This document shows positions 113,510 to 122,929 of a stretch of 124,000 bases of DNA, piece after piece; within the stretch, counting starts at the first letter, position 1; each line of letters begins with the position of its first letter. The notes under the pieces are model-generated. The model was given only the letters and a program-made list of their open reading frames with translations, searched no databases and had not been told where the DNA came from. A program made the position numbers and the translations under genes. Origin of the DNA: Hyalangium minutum (GTDB taxonomy: Bacteria; Myxococcota; Myxococcia; Myxococcales; Myxococcaceae). The stretch spans positions 20,001 to 144,000 of the forward strand of contig NZ_JMCB01000004.1 of NCBI RefSeq assembly GCF_000737315.1. The letters run 5' to 3'.

Positions 113510-114784
113510 GTGGCATTGACCACAGAAGCATTCGGTTTGACCGACGTTGGCCGGAAGCGTCAGCACAACGAAGATGCGATGTTGGTGGAGTCCCAGCTGG
113601 GGCTCTACATCGTCGCTGACGGCATGGGCGGTCACGCCGCGGGAGAGGTGGCCAGTGCGCGGGCGACCGAGGTCGTCAAGCAGCACATCACCGCGAACAA
113701 GCACCTGCTGAAGGATCTGGCCTCCAACCCGTCCCAGGACAGCCGGGCGGCGGCGGCGGCGCTGGTGGAAGTGGCCATCCAGCGGGCGTGCGCGGACATC
113801 TACAAGATGGCGCTGGCGGACGCGGCCAAGCGAGGCATGGGCACCACGTTCGTGTGCCTGGCGCTCAGCGGGAACAAGGGCGTCATTGGCCACGTGGGCG
113901 ACTCGCGCGTGTACCTGGTGCGCCACGGGCAGTGTCACCGGCTCACCGAGGACCACACGCTGGTGGCCGCACAGCTGAAGGCCGGCACCATCACCAAGGA
114001 GCAGGCGGCCAGCTCGCAGTACCGCAACGTGATTACCCGTGCGGTCGGCATCCAGGAGTCCGTGCAGGTGGACACCCTGATCGTCGACCTGATGCCGGGT
114101 GATGTCTTCATCCTCTGCTCGGACGGCCTGCACGGCTACATCGAGGACGAGGAGATGCTGCCGCTGGTCAGCACGGTGGCCATTGGCGATCTGCCCAAGA
114201 AGCTGATCGACACGGCCAACGAGCGCGGCGGCAAGGACAACATCACCGCCGTGGTGGTGAAGGTGGCTGGCGACGGCGCGGTGGCCAGCGAGGAGACGAG
114301 CGAGGCGCAGTCGCGCATGGAGGCGCTGCGGAAGATCCCGCTCTTCCGGCACCTCACGTACAAGGAGCAGACGGCGGTGCTGTCCATCGCCACCACGCGC
114401 ACGTTCCCCGCGGGGCGGGAGATTGTGGTGGAGGGCCAGCCGGGCGAGGAGCTGTTCGTCGTCATCCGCGGCCGGGTGGTGATTGAGAAGAACGGCGTGG
114501 AGATCGCCGAGCTGCGCGCCGGTGGGCACTTCGGAGAGATGGGGCTCATCGACAACGCGCCGCGCTCGGCGACGGTGCGCGCCACCGAGCCCACGCGAAC
114601 GATGGTCATCTCCCGGCCGGACCTGATGAGCCTGATGAAGCGCGAGTCCATCCTCGCGGTGAAGATGCTCTGGAGCTTCGTGCAGGTGCTGTCGGACCGG
114701 CTGCGCGCGACGAACTCGGAGCTGAGCGAGGCGCGCCAGGAACTGGCGGTGGCGCAGTCCGTCCAGCCCTTCGCCGAGGAGTAG
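113510..114784 (+). CDS. PP2C (PPM) Ser/Thr phosphatase with a C-terminal cyclic-nucleotide-binding domain
   Basis: R..NED, VADGMGGHAAGE, HVGDSR, CSDGL and GGKDNIT; cNMP motif FGEMGL....RSATV.A. Confidence 0.94.
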   Translation: MALTTEAFGLTDVGRKRQHNEDAMLVESQLGLYIVADGMGGHAAGEVASARATEVVKQHITANKHLLKDLASNPSQDSRAAAAALVEVAIQRACADIYKMALADAAKRGMGTTFVCLALSGNKGVIGHVGDSRVYLVRHGQCHRLTEDHTLVAAQLKAGTITKEQAASSQYRNVITRAVGIQESVQVDTLIVDLMPGDVFILCSDGLHGYIEDEEMLPLVSTVAIGDLPKKLIDTANERGGKDNITAVVVKVAGDGAVASEETSEAQSRMEALRKIPLFRHLTYKEQTAVLSIATTRTFPAGREIVVEGQPGEELFVVIRGRVVIEKNGVEIAELRAGGHFGEMGLIDNAPRSATVRATEPTRTMVISRPDLMSLMKRESILAVKMLWSFVQVLSDRLRATNSELSEARQELAVAQSVQPFAEE

Positions 114785-114838
114785 GGTCCCCGGCGCCCCG
114801 GTGCCGCCCAAGGGCCGCGCACCGGGGCAGGCTGTGGG

Positions 114839-115603
114839 TCAGCGGAGGGAGTCCGTCACCTCGTAGGTGAGGGTCTGGAAGGAAGCCTCTCGGTACACCT
114901 GGAGCTGCACCGTGCCGCCGGGTGTGGACAGCCGATCGGCCAGGGCTCCCAGTTGGTCAGGGGAGAGCGGCGCTCCATTCATGCGGAACAGCACATCTCC
115001 CTCGTGGAGGCCGAGCCGCGCGAAGACTCCGTTCTCCTGAACGTCGGTGAGCTGGATGGCGGGCTGTGGAAACACCCTCAGGGTCTCCGCATGCGCGCCC
115101 AGGCCGTATTTGCCGCGGAGCTGCGACACCACGCTGCTTTTCACCTTCCAACGGAGCCGGCCCTCGTGGACGGCGGCCGTGTCGAAGCGGTGGCGGATGA
115201 CGCGCAGGGACACGTCCCGGCCCACCGGGAGCAGCTGGGAGCCCTCGGGCCCCGTGAGCTGGAGCCCTGCGGAGGTGATGGCCGTCACCCGGAGATTGCG
115301 GCCCAGCAGCTCTCCCACGTGCAGGTTGCGCGTCTCCCAGGTCTCCGTGTCCGCCAGCGTCGCGAAGGACTCGGTTCGAACGGGGCTGAGCTGGACTCCG
115401 AAGAGGCGATAGCGGGCGGTGCGCGCCTCATACGCCGCCGCCGCGTCGCCCAGCTCCGGTGCCAGCAGGTCCGCGAGCTCCGCCTCACCCACCTCCGTGC
115501 GCGGTGCCTCCCCAGTGTTTCCCTCCGGCGGCTGCGCTTCATTGGAGCAACCGGCGAGCGTCACCACAACCATTCCCCACAGCAACACAGACATGCTCTT
115601 CAT
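114839..115603 (-). CDS. Lipoprotein with a GspC-like / PDZ C-terminus
   Basis: Lipobox LAGC; FARLGL.EGDVL..MNG.PL PDZ-like motif. Confidence 0.6.
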   Translation of the reverse strand: MKSMSVLLWGMVVVTLAGCSNEAQPPEGNTGEAPRTEVGEAELADLLAPELGDAAAAYEARTARYRLFGVQLSPVRTESFATLADTETWETRNLHVGELLGRNLRVTAITSAGLQLTGPEGSQLLPVGRDVSLRVIRHRFDTAAVHEGRLRWKVKSSVVSQLRGKYGLGAHAETLRVFPQPAIQLTDVQENGVFARLGLHEGDVLFRMNGAPLSPDQLGALADRLSTPGGTVQLQVYREASFQTLTYEVTDSLR

Positions 115604-115629
115604 GGTGGTTCCCCCTGGAAGGACGGCCG

Positions 115630-116550
115630 TTACTGGAAGCACTCCCCGACAACGCCCGCGCCATCCGGGTTGGTGGCCCAGGCTGCGCACGCCAGCTTTC
115701 GCTGCGCCGACACGCTGGGGTGGAAGCAGTCGGTGCCGTTGAGGTCCGACGCGCGGAAGACGTACGTGCCCACCGAAGTGTTCTGGAAGCCCTCCTCGAG
115801 GGAGCCCTGCCAGTCCGCCACGAAGCGCACGCCTCGCGGGTTGCGGCCGTCGATGTTGGCTGCGTAGAGATCGACCTCGGCACGGGTCGCCGCGTTGTAT
115901 TCATTGATGCGAGCGCCGATCTGCGCTCGCCGGCCGCCGTTCCTCTCTGCGGTGACGATGCGGCAGATGCCTGCGGCGGGCCAGATGACGTACGAGCAAT
116001 ACAGGCTCTTGGCATTCCCAGCGGCGTAGAGGAAATCCACCCGAGGGAAGCTCAGCACGTGTACCGTCGCGCCCGGCGAGAGGCAGGCCGCCAGCTGATC
116101 CAGCCCCGCGCGCAGCGCGTTGACCCAGGTGTCGAGCGAGTACATGTTCGCGGTGGCATCCGAGCTGGAGGATCTCGGCCGGTTGCACACGTCGTTGGCG
116201 CCGAGGAGGACAGAGACGTGCTGGGGCTTCTCCTCCTGCGCGCAGATCCGCGATGCCTGGACGGCGAAGTTGTTGCTCCCGCCGACCATCTCCGCGCCCG
116301 AGACGGACTCGGGTTGCTGGGTGAAGGAAGGGACGAGCTCCCGATACCGCATGAAGATCGAGAAGACGCTGCTGGAGGTGCCTTGCACCCAGCTCAGCTC
116401 CGGGCGATCCGCGGGCCACCCATCCGCGATCGCGCCTTGGGACATGCTGTCACCCACGTTGGACTGCTTGGTGGGGAGCTCGGCCCATGCCACACCTGCC
116501 AGGAGCCCCGCTGCCACTGCGCAGAGAATCCGCATTCGAGATGTGCTCAC
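115630..116550 (-). CDS. Secreted SGNH/GDSL hydrolase
   Basis: GDSMS, LLGANDVC and DCFHPS; signal peptide. Confidence 0.85.
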   Translation of the reverse strand: MSTSRMRILCAVAAGLLAGVAWAELPTKQSNVGDSMSQGAIADGWPADRPELSWVQGTSSSVFSIFMRYRELVPSFTQQPESVSGAEMVGGSNNFAVQASRICAQEEKPQHVSVLLGANDVCNRPRSSSSDATANMYSLDTWVNALRAGLDQLAACLSPGATVHVLSFPRVDFLYAAGNAKSLYCSYVIWPAAGICRIVTAERNGGRRAQIGARINEYNAATRAEVDLYAANIDGRNPRGVRFVADWQGSLEEGFQNTSVGTYVFRASDLNGTDCFHPSVSAQRKLACAAWATNPDGAGVVGECFQ

Positions 116551-116957
116551 GACGTGTTCCTCCGGTGAGTGAAAGCTCTGCGGTGTGTACAGGAAGGGCC
116601 TGGGGCGCCCCATCCGTCGGCGAGGCAGACGCGTTGGCCACCACACGAGGACGAGCGCGGAAATCCACGGATGATCGTCACCCTGTGCCCGGAGTCGTGC
116701 GCGGTGATGCCTGATGAGCAGGGGAGGTGGGGTGGGCCCTCGCAGGTAGGTCTTCCCGCTACCGTCTCCCAGGGTTCCCTCCGTGGGGAGCAGAGAGGCG
116801 CAGAGCCGCGCCGTCGTGTTTCGTGCAACGGGCCTGTGGCTGTTGCCACGGGGTATCACCTGGAAGACGCGAGCAAGCAGTCATGCACGGGGGGCCCATT
116901 CCGGTGGGGATCCCCGTGTCCATTCCTGTCCGGCGAGAACAGCGGGCGGGGAGCGGC

Positions 116958-119477
116958 ATGGGCGGATTGCGTGGCGCGTGGGTGGTGCTGGCGTGCGTGG
117001 GCGTGCTTGGGGGGCGGGCGGTGTGGGCCCAGGCTCCTGGCGAGGAGGCTCCGTCCGACGAGGTGCTGTCGGAGGAGCAGCTCGAGCAGCTGCTGGACTC
117101 TCCAGCCGAGCAGCCCTCGGGCGCGGACCTGAATGAGGCGATGTTCGGGCTGGAGCAGCTCACGCCCTACTTCGCCGAGGGGACGCTGGCCAAGGCCCGG
117201 GCTGAGTACGACCGGGGCCGGTACCGCAAGGCGCGGACACTGCTCTCGCAGGAGCAGCAGACGCTTCCGGTTCGCTTCCTGATGGCGCAGAGCGCGCTGA
117301 ACCTGCGCGATGACGTCACCGCGGCCGAGGAGTTCGCGGCGCTGGCCGAGGAGTACGTGCCGCTGAGAGACCACTGCTTGATGCGCGCGGCCCAGTCCAA
117401 CGAGAAGCTGCGCAAGCTGGAGCTGGCGGCCACCCAGTACCAGGCGGTGGATCCGAGCTCGCCGCTCTATCCGGACGCGCGGTTCAACCTGGCGCGGGTG
117501 CTGGAGCGGCGGAGGGACTTGAACGGAGCGCTGAACGCGCTGGCGGAACTCATCGAGAGCCGCAAGGCGCGCGGACCAGACGCCGTCCGCATGCAGGCGC
117601 TGCTGGCCACGTGTGATTTGGCGCGCAAGCAGGGCCTGTACAACGTGGAGCACAAGGCGCTGCTCGAGGTGTGGGCCACGAGTCCGTTGTCCCGGGAGGC
117701 GGAGCGCGCCCGGCGGCGGCTGCAGGGGCTGCCGCTGCCGCTGAAGTGGCGGGTGCGCCGGGCGGATGCGCTGGTGGATCTGCACCGCAACCACGCGGCG
117801 ATGGAACTGCTCGACGGGGTGGTTCCCCACGTGGCGCTGCCGGACCCGGTGGGGTGCAATGCGCGCCTCATCTATGGCGAGGCGCTGCGCAAGGAGCGGC
117901 AGCACCACAAGGCGATTCAGGTGCTCTCGCCGGTGGTGGAGCAGTGCCACCTACCGGAGGTCCGGCCGCAGGCGCTCTACGTGCTGGGCTACTCGCAGTC
118001 CGTGGTGGACAAGGACGCGGCGGTCGGCACGTACGACACGCTGGCGCGCGACTACCCGGAGCACGGCTATGCGGATGACGCCCTGTTCTTCGCGGGCTGG
118101 CTGTTCCAGCGCAAGGGCGAGCTGGATGCCGCGATGACCCGGTACGACGAACTGGCCAGGAAGTACCCCACGGGCAACTTCGCGTCCGAGGCGCTCTTCC
118201 GCTCGTACTGGCTGCACCAGCGGCGGGGGGAGCATGCGGCGGCGCTGGGGGCGCTCCAGGCGGTGGAGAAGATGCCGCAGGCGGCGCGGACGGACGAAGC
118301 GCTCTGGCGGGCGCGGTACTGGATCGCCCGGACGATGGAGATGCAGAACGAGGTGCCTGCGGCGCTCGCGGGCTATGAGCGCATCGCGGCCGATCGGCCT
118401 GCGACGTGGTACGGGATGCTGGCGCGCTCGCGGCTTGCGCTGCTGGCGCCGGGGCGGCTGGTGCGTGCACCGCCCGTCTCCGCGACGCCGATCGCCATGG
118501 TGGCTCCCGTCTCCACGGCTCCTGTCTCCGTGGCACCGGCCTCCGTGGCGCCTGTTTCTGGGGCGCCGGTCTCGGCGACTTCGGCCACCCTGACGTCCAT
118601 GCAGACGGTGGCGCCGGAACCCACGGCGGAGCCTGCGGTGATCTGGCCGCTGCCGATGGGTGGGCTGGCCAAGGATCCGCGCTTTGCGGCGGGAGTGGAG
118701 CTGATCCGGCTGGGAATGTCCGGTGCGGTGCAGGAACTGCTCGCGGTGGAGCAGCGGGCGCTGCCGGAGGGCCCGGCGCGGCTGCTGTACCAGATTGTCC
118801 AGCGCACGGGGCGGGGCTGGGCGGCGCGCAAGGTGGCGCGCTCCACGCTGCGGGACGAGGTGCGAGGCCCGCTGAGCTCCACGTCCCGGCCGATCTGGGA
118901 GGCCACGTGGCCGCTTGCGTTCCGCACGCTCATCGAGCGCCAGGCGAAGACGAACCGGCTGGATCCGGACCTGCTGCAGGGGCTCATCCGCGAGGAGAGC
119001 CGGTTCAATCCTCGGGCGCGCTCGTCCACGGGAGCGCTGGGACTCACGCAGCTGATGCCCGCGACGGCGCGCCAGGTGGCGGCCTCGCTGAAGCTGGCGG
119101 CGGTGGGGGAGCAGACGCTGCTGCAGCCGGACCAGAACGTGCGGATCGGCGCGGCGTACCTGGGGCAGCTGCTCAAGCACTTTGGAGGGAACGCCGCGTA
119201 CGCGGTGGCCGCATACAACGCGGGGCCTGGAGCGGTGGAGCGCTGGCGGAAGGCGCTGCCGCAGGCGGACCTCGACGAGTGGGTGGAGCACATCACCTTC
119301 GACGAGACGCGGGACTACGTGAAGAACGTGCTGGGCAGCTACAACGCCTACAAGCAGCTCTACGGCTCGCAGTCGCCGCTGCTGCAGATCACCACCATGA
119401 CTCCCGCCAATGGTGCGGGGCTGGCGGAGCGTGAGGCGGGAATGGGCGGCTCGGGTTCCGAGGTCCTGCAGAAGTGA
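116958..119477 (+). CDS. TPR-containing soluble lytic transglycosylase (Slt-like)
   Basis: TPRs, then IREESRFNP...S..GALGLTQLMP, AYNAGPG and ETRDYVK.V. Confidence 0.93.
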   Translation: MGGLRGAWVVLACVGVLGGRAVWAQAPGEEAPSDEVLSEEQLEQLLDSPAEQPSGADLNEAMFGLEQLTPYFAEGTLAKARAEYDRGRYRKARTLLSQEQQTLPVRFLMAQSALNLRDDVTAAEEFAALAEEYVPLRDHCLMRAAQSNEKLRKLELAATQYQAVDPSSPLYPDARFNLARVLERRRDLNGALNALAELIESRKARGPDAVRMQALLATCDLARKQGLYNVEHKALLEVWATSPLSREAERARRRLQGLPLPLKWRVRRADALVDLHRNHAAMELLDGVVPHVALPDPVGCNARLIYGEALRKERQHHKAIQVLSPVVEQCHLPEVRPQALYVLGYSQSVVDKDAAVGTYDTLARDYPEHGYADDALFFAGWLFQRKGELDAAMTRYDELARKYPTGNFASEALFRSYWLHQRRGEHAAALGALQAVEKMPQAARTDEALWRARYWIARTMEMQNEVPAALAGYERIAADRPATWYGMLARSRLALLAPGRLVRAPPVSATPIAMVAPVSTAPVSVAPASVAPVSGAPVSATSATLTSMQTVAPEPTAEPAVIWPLPMGGLAKDPRFAAGVELIRLGMSGAVQELLAVEQRALPEGPARLLYQIVQRTGRGWAARKVARSTLRDEVRGPLSSTSRPIWEATWPLAFRTLIERQAKTNRLDPDLLQGLIREESRFNPRARSSTGALGLTQLMPATARQVAASLKLAAVGEQTLLQPDQNVRIGAAYLGQLLKHFGGNAAYAVAAYNAGPGAVERWRKALPQADLDEWVEHITFDETRDYVKNVLGSYNAYKQLYGSQSPLLQITTMTPANGAGLAEREAGMGGSGSEVLQK

Positions 119478-119522
119478 GCAGTTTCCCTTGCGAGCAGCTG
119501 GACACCGGCTCACTCTCCGGGG

Positions 119523-119999
119523 ATGGAAAACGCTGCGCCTGAATGGAAGCTGCCGTGGGAGGGTGGGTGCCGCTGCGGGAAGATCCGCCTGCGCGTCACT
119601 CAGCCTCCGCTCCTGACCATGGCGTGTCACTGCACGGGCTGTCAGCGCATGAGCTCGAGTGCTTTCAGCCTGTCGATGGCGGTGCCGACGCCCGGCTTTG
119701 AGGTCCTCTCCGGCGAGCCGGTGGTCGGGGGGCTGCATGGGCCGACGAAGCACATGTTCTGCGGCCACTGCATGACGTGGATGTTCACGCGGCCCGAGGG
119801 CATGGACTTCTTCGTGAACCTCCGGCCGAGCATGCTCGACGACTGGAGCTGGTTCGTGCCGTTCATCGAGACCTACGCGGAGGTGAAACGGCCCTGGGCG
119901 GCAACGGGCGCGGTGCACTCCTACCCGCAGTTTCCGGAGATGTCCGCGTACGAAGGGCTCATCGCCGAGTTCGCCGCGAAGGGTGTGCGTCCCAAGTAG
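119523..119999 (+). CDS. GFA / CENP-V family protein
   Basis: GGCRCG, CHCTGCQR and FCGHC. Confidence 0.92.
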   Translation: MENAAPEWKLPWEGGCRCGKIRLRVTQPPLLTMACHCTGCQRMSSSAFSLSMAVPTPGFEVLSGEPVVGGLHGPTKHMFCGHCMTWMFTRPEGMDFFVNLRPSMLDDWSWFVPFIETYAEVKRPWAATGAVHSYPQFPEMSAYEGLIAEFAAKGVRPK

Positions 120000-120151
120000 C
120001 GAGCCGCAGCCGCAAGGGGCTCGGGTGTGTTCCCTCGTTGCCGGTAGCCCAGGTGCAGTGGCAGGTGCTCCATCCCGCGCGACAGGGTGGACGAGCGCCA
120101 CCGCGAACTGCGAGGCGTGAAGCGCGTGCGGCTCGTGCTTGATGCGGCGGT

Positions 120152-120628
120152 TCAGCGCGCGGTGCACCTGTTGCTGCGGCAACTACCGCCCGGACACTCC
120201 GAGTCGGAGTAACACTCGCCGCCTGCGGTGGTGCACTTGCCGCTACGGCAGCTCCCGCCGTTGCACTCCGAGTCGGAGTAGCACTGGCCACCGGCGGTAG
120301 TGCACTTGCCGCTACGGCACCTGCCACCCGGGCACTCGGAATCCGAGTAGCACTCGCCACCCGCAGTGGTGCACTTGCCACTGCGGCAGCTCCCGCCGTT
120401 ACACTCCGAGTCGGAGTAGCACTGGCCACCGGCGGTAGTGCACTTGCTGCTGCGGCACCTGCCACCCGGGCACTCGGAATCCGAGTAGCACTCGCCACCC
120501 GCAGTGGTGCACTTGCCACTGCGGCAGCTCCCGCCGTTGCACTCCGAGTCGGAGTAGCAGTCGGCGAGCGCGGTGGGGGCGAACAGGAGCGCAGTGAGCG
120601 CGAGCGGTACGACCAGCAGTCGGGACAT
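120152..120628 (-). CDS. Secreted cysteine-rich tandem-repeat protein
   Basis: Signal peptide, then six CYSDSEC.GG.CRS..CT units. Confidence 0.85.
   Translation of the reverse strand: MSRLLVVPLALTALLFAPTALADCYSDSECNGGSCRSGKCTTAGGECYSDSECPGGRCRSSKCTTAGGQCYSDSECNGGSCRSGKCTTAGGECYSDSECPGGRCRSGKCTTAGGQCYSDSECNGGSCRSGKCTTAGGECYSDSECPGGSCRSNRCTAR
120155..120562 (-). repeat. 69-bp tandem repeat (six units, alternating A/B)
   Basis: Repeated cactc(c/g)ga(g/a)tc(g/c)gagtagcact... units. Confidence 0.9.
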
Positions 120629-121030
120629 GGTCACCTCTCCGAGCGCTCCATCCTGCTGGCAAGCGTGGGCTGCGCGCAACGAGTGGGAGGCAACACTCCT
120701 TCGTGTGGTGCTCGTCCGCCCACGCATACAGCGCCTGATGCCCGAGCGGTGCCAGCTGGAGCCACTCCAGCGTTCTTCTTCCGATGGGCGGGGAGGCGTG
120801 GCTTACTACACGGCTGGATGGGAGCAGGCCGGATCGGAGTGTCCTCGCGGTACCGGGCCTGCGAGCAAGGAGGGCTCTGGTGAAGGAGCATCCCGGAGGG
120901 GCTTCCCTGGTGCCACTGGCTCCGATGCTTGGGTGTCTCCTCCTTGTGGCGAGCTGTCAGGGATGCGAGAGGCCCGCGGCGCAGGTGTCGGCCATCGAAG
121001 GGGTGGAGGCCGGTGTCAGACCCTCCGCAG

Positions 121031-122029
121031 CTACTCTTCAGTGCTTGTGAGGTTTGGCGGCATGAATGTCAGCGAGATGGGATTCCCCAGCCCACCGCTG
121101 CCGGGTTGAACAAAGAGATCGATGAACGCGCCTGTCTTCCCGTCGAAGCGAAACACGGAGGCGCCCTGGAAGCTTGGCAGGTAAAGGTTTTCGTCGGGCC
121201 CGAAGACAAGATCATTGACCGTGATCAGCCCATTGCTGCCAGCAGGAATGAAGACATCGATCAAGGCGCCCGTCGTCCTGTTGTAGCGCCGCACGTCGTT
121301 GTCAAACGTGGCGACATACAGCTGGCAGTCGGGTCCGAAGGCAAACTTGGGGTATTTCACGCCGGTGATGAAGACCGCTCCCGGCTGGCCCTCGGCTGGC
121401 AGGGGAGCTCCCGTCCATTTGTCGTAGCGCATGATCTGGTCGGTCAAGACGCTCTCGACGAAGAGGTGCCCCTCTGGGCCAAAGGCCAGGATCTGCGGGA
121501 CCTTCAGTCCTCCCCCGGAGGCGAAGACGCCCAAGAAGGCGCCCGTCTTCCCGTCGTAGCGCAGCACGCTGTTGGTGCCGAAGAAGCTGTCGCTGACGTA
121601 CAGGTTCCTGTCGGGACCGAAGATGAGGTCGCCCGGAGTCCCGAGCCCCCCTCTGCCGGCTGGCACGAACACGCCCATGAACGCGCCCGTCCTCCCGTTG
121701 AAGCGCAGGATGTTCTTGGTAGCGAAGCTCGCGATGTAGAGGTGTCCATCCGGGCCGTAGGCCAGGCCCTGGATATTGGACAGCCCGCCACTGCCGGGAG
121801 GGATGAAGACGCTGACGAACTCTCCCGTTGTCCCGTCATAGCGCAGCACGCTGCTGTTGACGTTGCTGCTGACCAGCAGATCACTCCTGGGAACCAGCCC
121901 TTCTTTTTGAGCGTCCCCTGCCTCCCAGCGCTCGGTGAGCTTCGCCTGCTCCGCCACCTCGGATACTCCGCACCCGGCAGCCAGCCACGTCACCAGCAAA
122001 GCACTCCACAACCCCTTCCCACTCACCAT
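121031..122029 (-). CDS. NHL/Vgb-like beta-propeller lipoprotein
   Basis: Lipobox AAGC; repeated L.FGPD.NLYV...VLRYDG.TG.F..VF. Confidence 0.88.
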   Translation of the reverse strand: MVSGKGLWSALLVTWLAAGCGVSEVAEQAKLTERWEAGDAQKEGLVPRSDLLVSSNVNSSVLRYDGTTGEFVSVFIPPGSGGLSNIQGLAYGPDGHLYIASFATKNILRFNGRTGAFMGVFVPAGRGGLGTPGDLIFGPDRNLYVSDSFFGTNSVLRYDGKTGAFLGVFASGGGLKVPQILAFGPEGHLFVESVLTDQIMRYDKWTGAPLPAEGQPGAVFITGVKYPKFAFGPDCQLYVATFDNDVRRYNRTTGALIDVFIPAGSNGLITVNDLVFGPDENLYLPSFQGASVFRFDGKTGAFIDLFVQPGSGGLGNPISLTFMPPNLTSTEE

Positions 122030-122252
122030 GTCCCCCTCCTGTAGGTGGATAGAACTCCCACATCCACTCCCGCCAGAGTGTAAAGAGGATCAGGTGAAGA
122101 CCAGTGGCTGGCAGGGTCAGTCCGCGTCCATGGGCGAGCCTTTGATGGGCCTCTGGGCTCGAACTGTCAGGCCCGCATCATCCTGCGCTCGCCCGTGGCG
122201 CTGCTCCTCCCGCGTGGGGAGTGACACCTCCACGTCACTCCCCACGAGTGGC

Positions 122253-122885
122253 TCAGCCCTGGCGGCGCCGGAACAACATCAAGCCTGCCAGCATGCAGCC
122301 CCAGATGGGCGCACTCCCAGCAGCGGCGCATCCACCCCCATCCGCGTTCTCCTCTGGCTCTTCCTCCTGGGGGACGTCCACGGGTGTGCCCTTCCCAATC
122401 TTCACGCTCAGCTTCGCGGTGGAAGACCTGTCCCCATCGCTTTTGAGGTCCGCGTTGGTGGAGTTACCGGCCCCAAAGAGCGTGAGCGTCACATCGGTCG
122501 CGGGCGCGACGAGCGAGAAGTCGAAGCGCAGCACCCCGGCGTTGAAGGGCTGGGGAGCGGAATGCGTCAACTCGGTCCCCAGCTTCTTGAGCCCGGCGCT
122601 GCTGGCCAGGAGAGAGGTCTCCGCGCTGTCCACGGCGATGTTGATCCCACCCGTCTTCGCGGCGCCTCCCCGGATGATGAGGGCGTACTGGCCCGTGGCC
122701 CCTGGCTCCAGGCTCGTGGGGCCCTCGAACTCCACGGTGGGAAGCTCTCCCCCTTTATGACACGTGCTGCACGTCATCCCGTCCTTGCCAGACTGCCCGG
122801 TGATGCCCGTGCTGGTGGCGAGAGCAGGGGAGGACCACAGCGCCAAAGCGGCGAACACGCTCGTGATACGGAACTGAGGATGCAT
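122253..122885 (-). CDS. MYXO-CTERM-anchored protein with a reeler-like domain and CxxCH
   Basis: Signal peptide, CSTCH, THSAP, GAGNS and C-terminal GGGC..hydrophobic..RRR. Confidence 0.8.
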   Translation of the reverse strand: MHPQFRITSVFAALALWSSPALATSTGITGQSGKDGMTCSTCHKGGELPTVEFEGPTSLEPGATGQYALIIRGGAAKTGGINIAVDSAETSLLASSAGLKKLGTELTHSAPQPFNAGVLRFDFSLVAPATDVTLTLFGAGNSTNADLKSDGDRSSTAKLSVKIGKGTPVDVPQEEEPEENADGGGCAAAGSAPIWGCMLAGLMLFRRRQG

Positions 122886-122929
122886 TGAATCTCCAAGAAG
122901 TGATGAGAGACACGGCGTGACTGCAGCCG

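Noticed and set aside
120784-121050. Short plus-strand ORF with LLLVASC lipobox-like motif
   Set aside because: It ends about 30 aa after the Cys and overlaps the 3' end of the NHL gene. At most a gene remnant; it cannot be supported.
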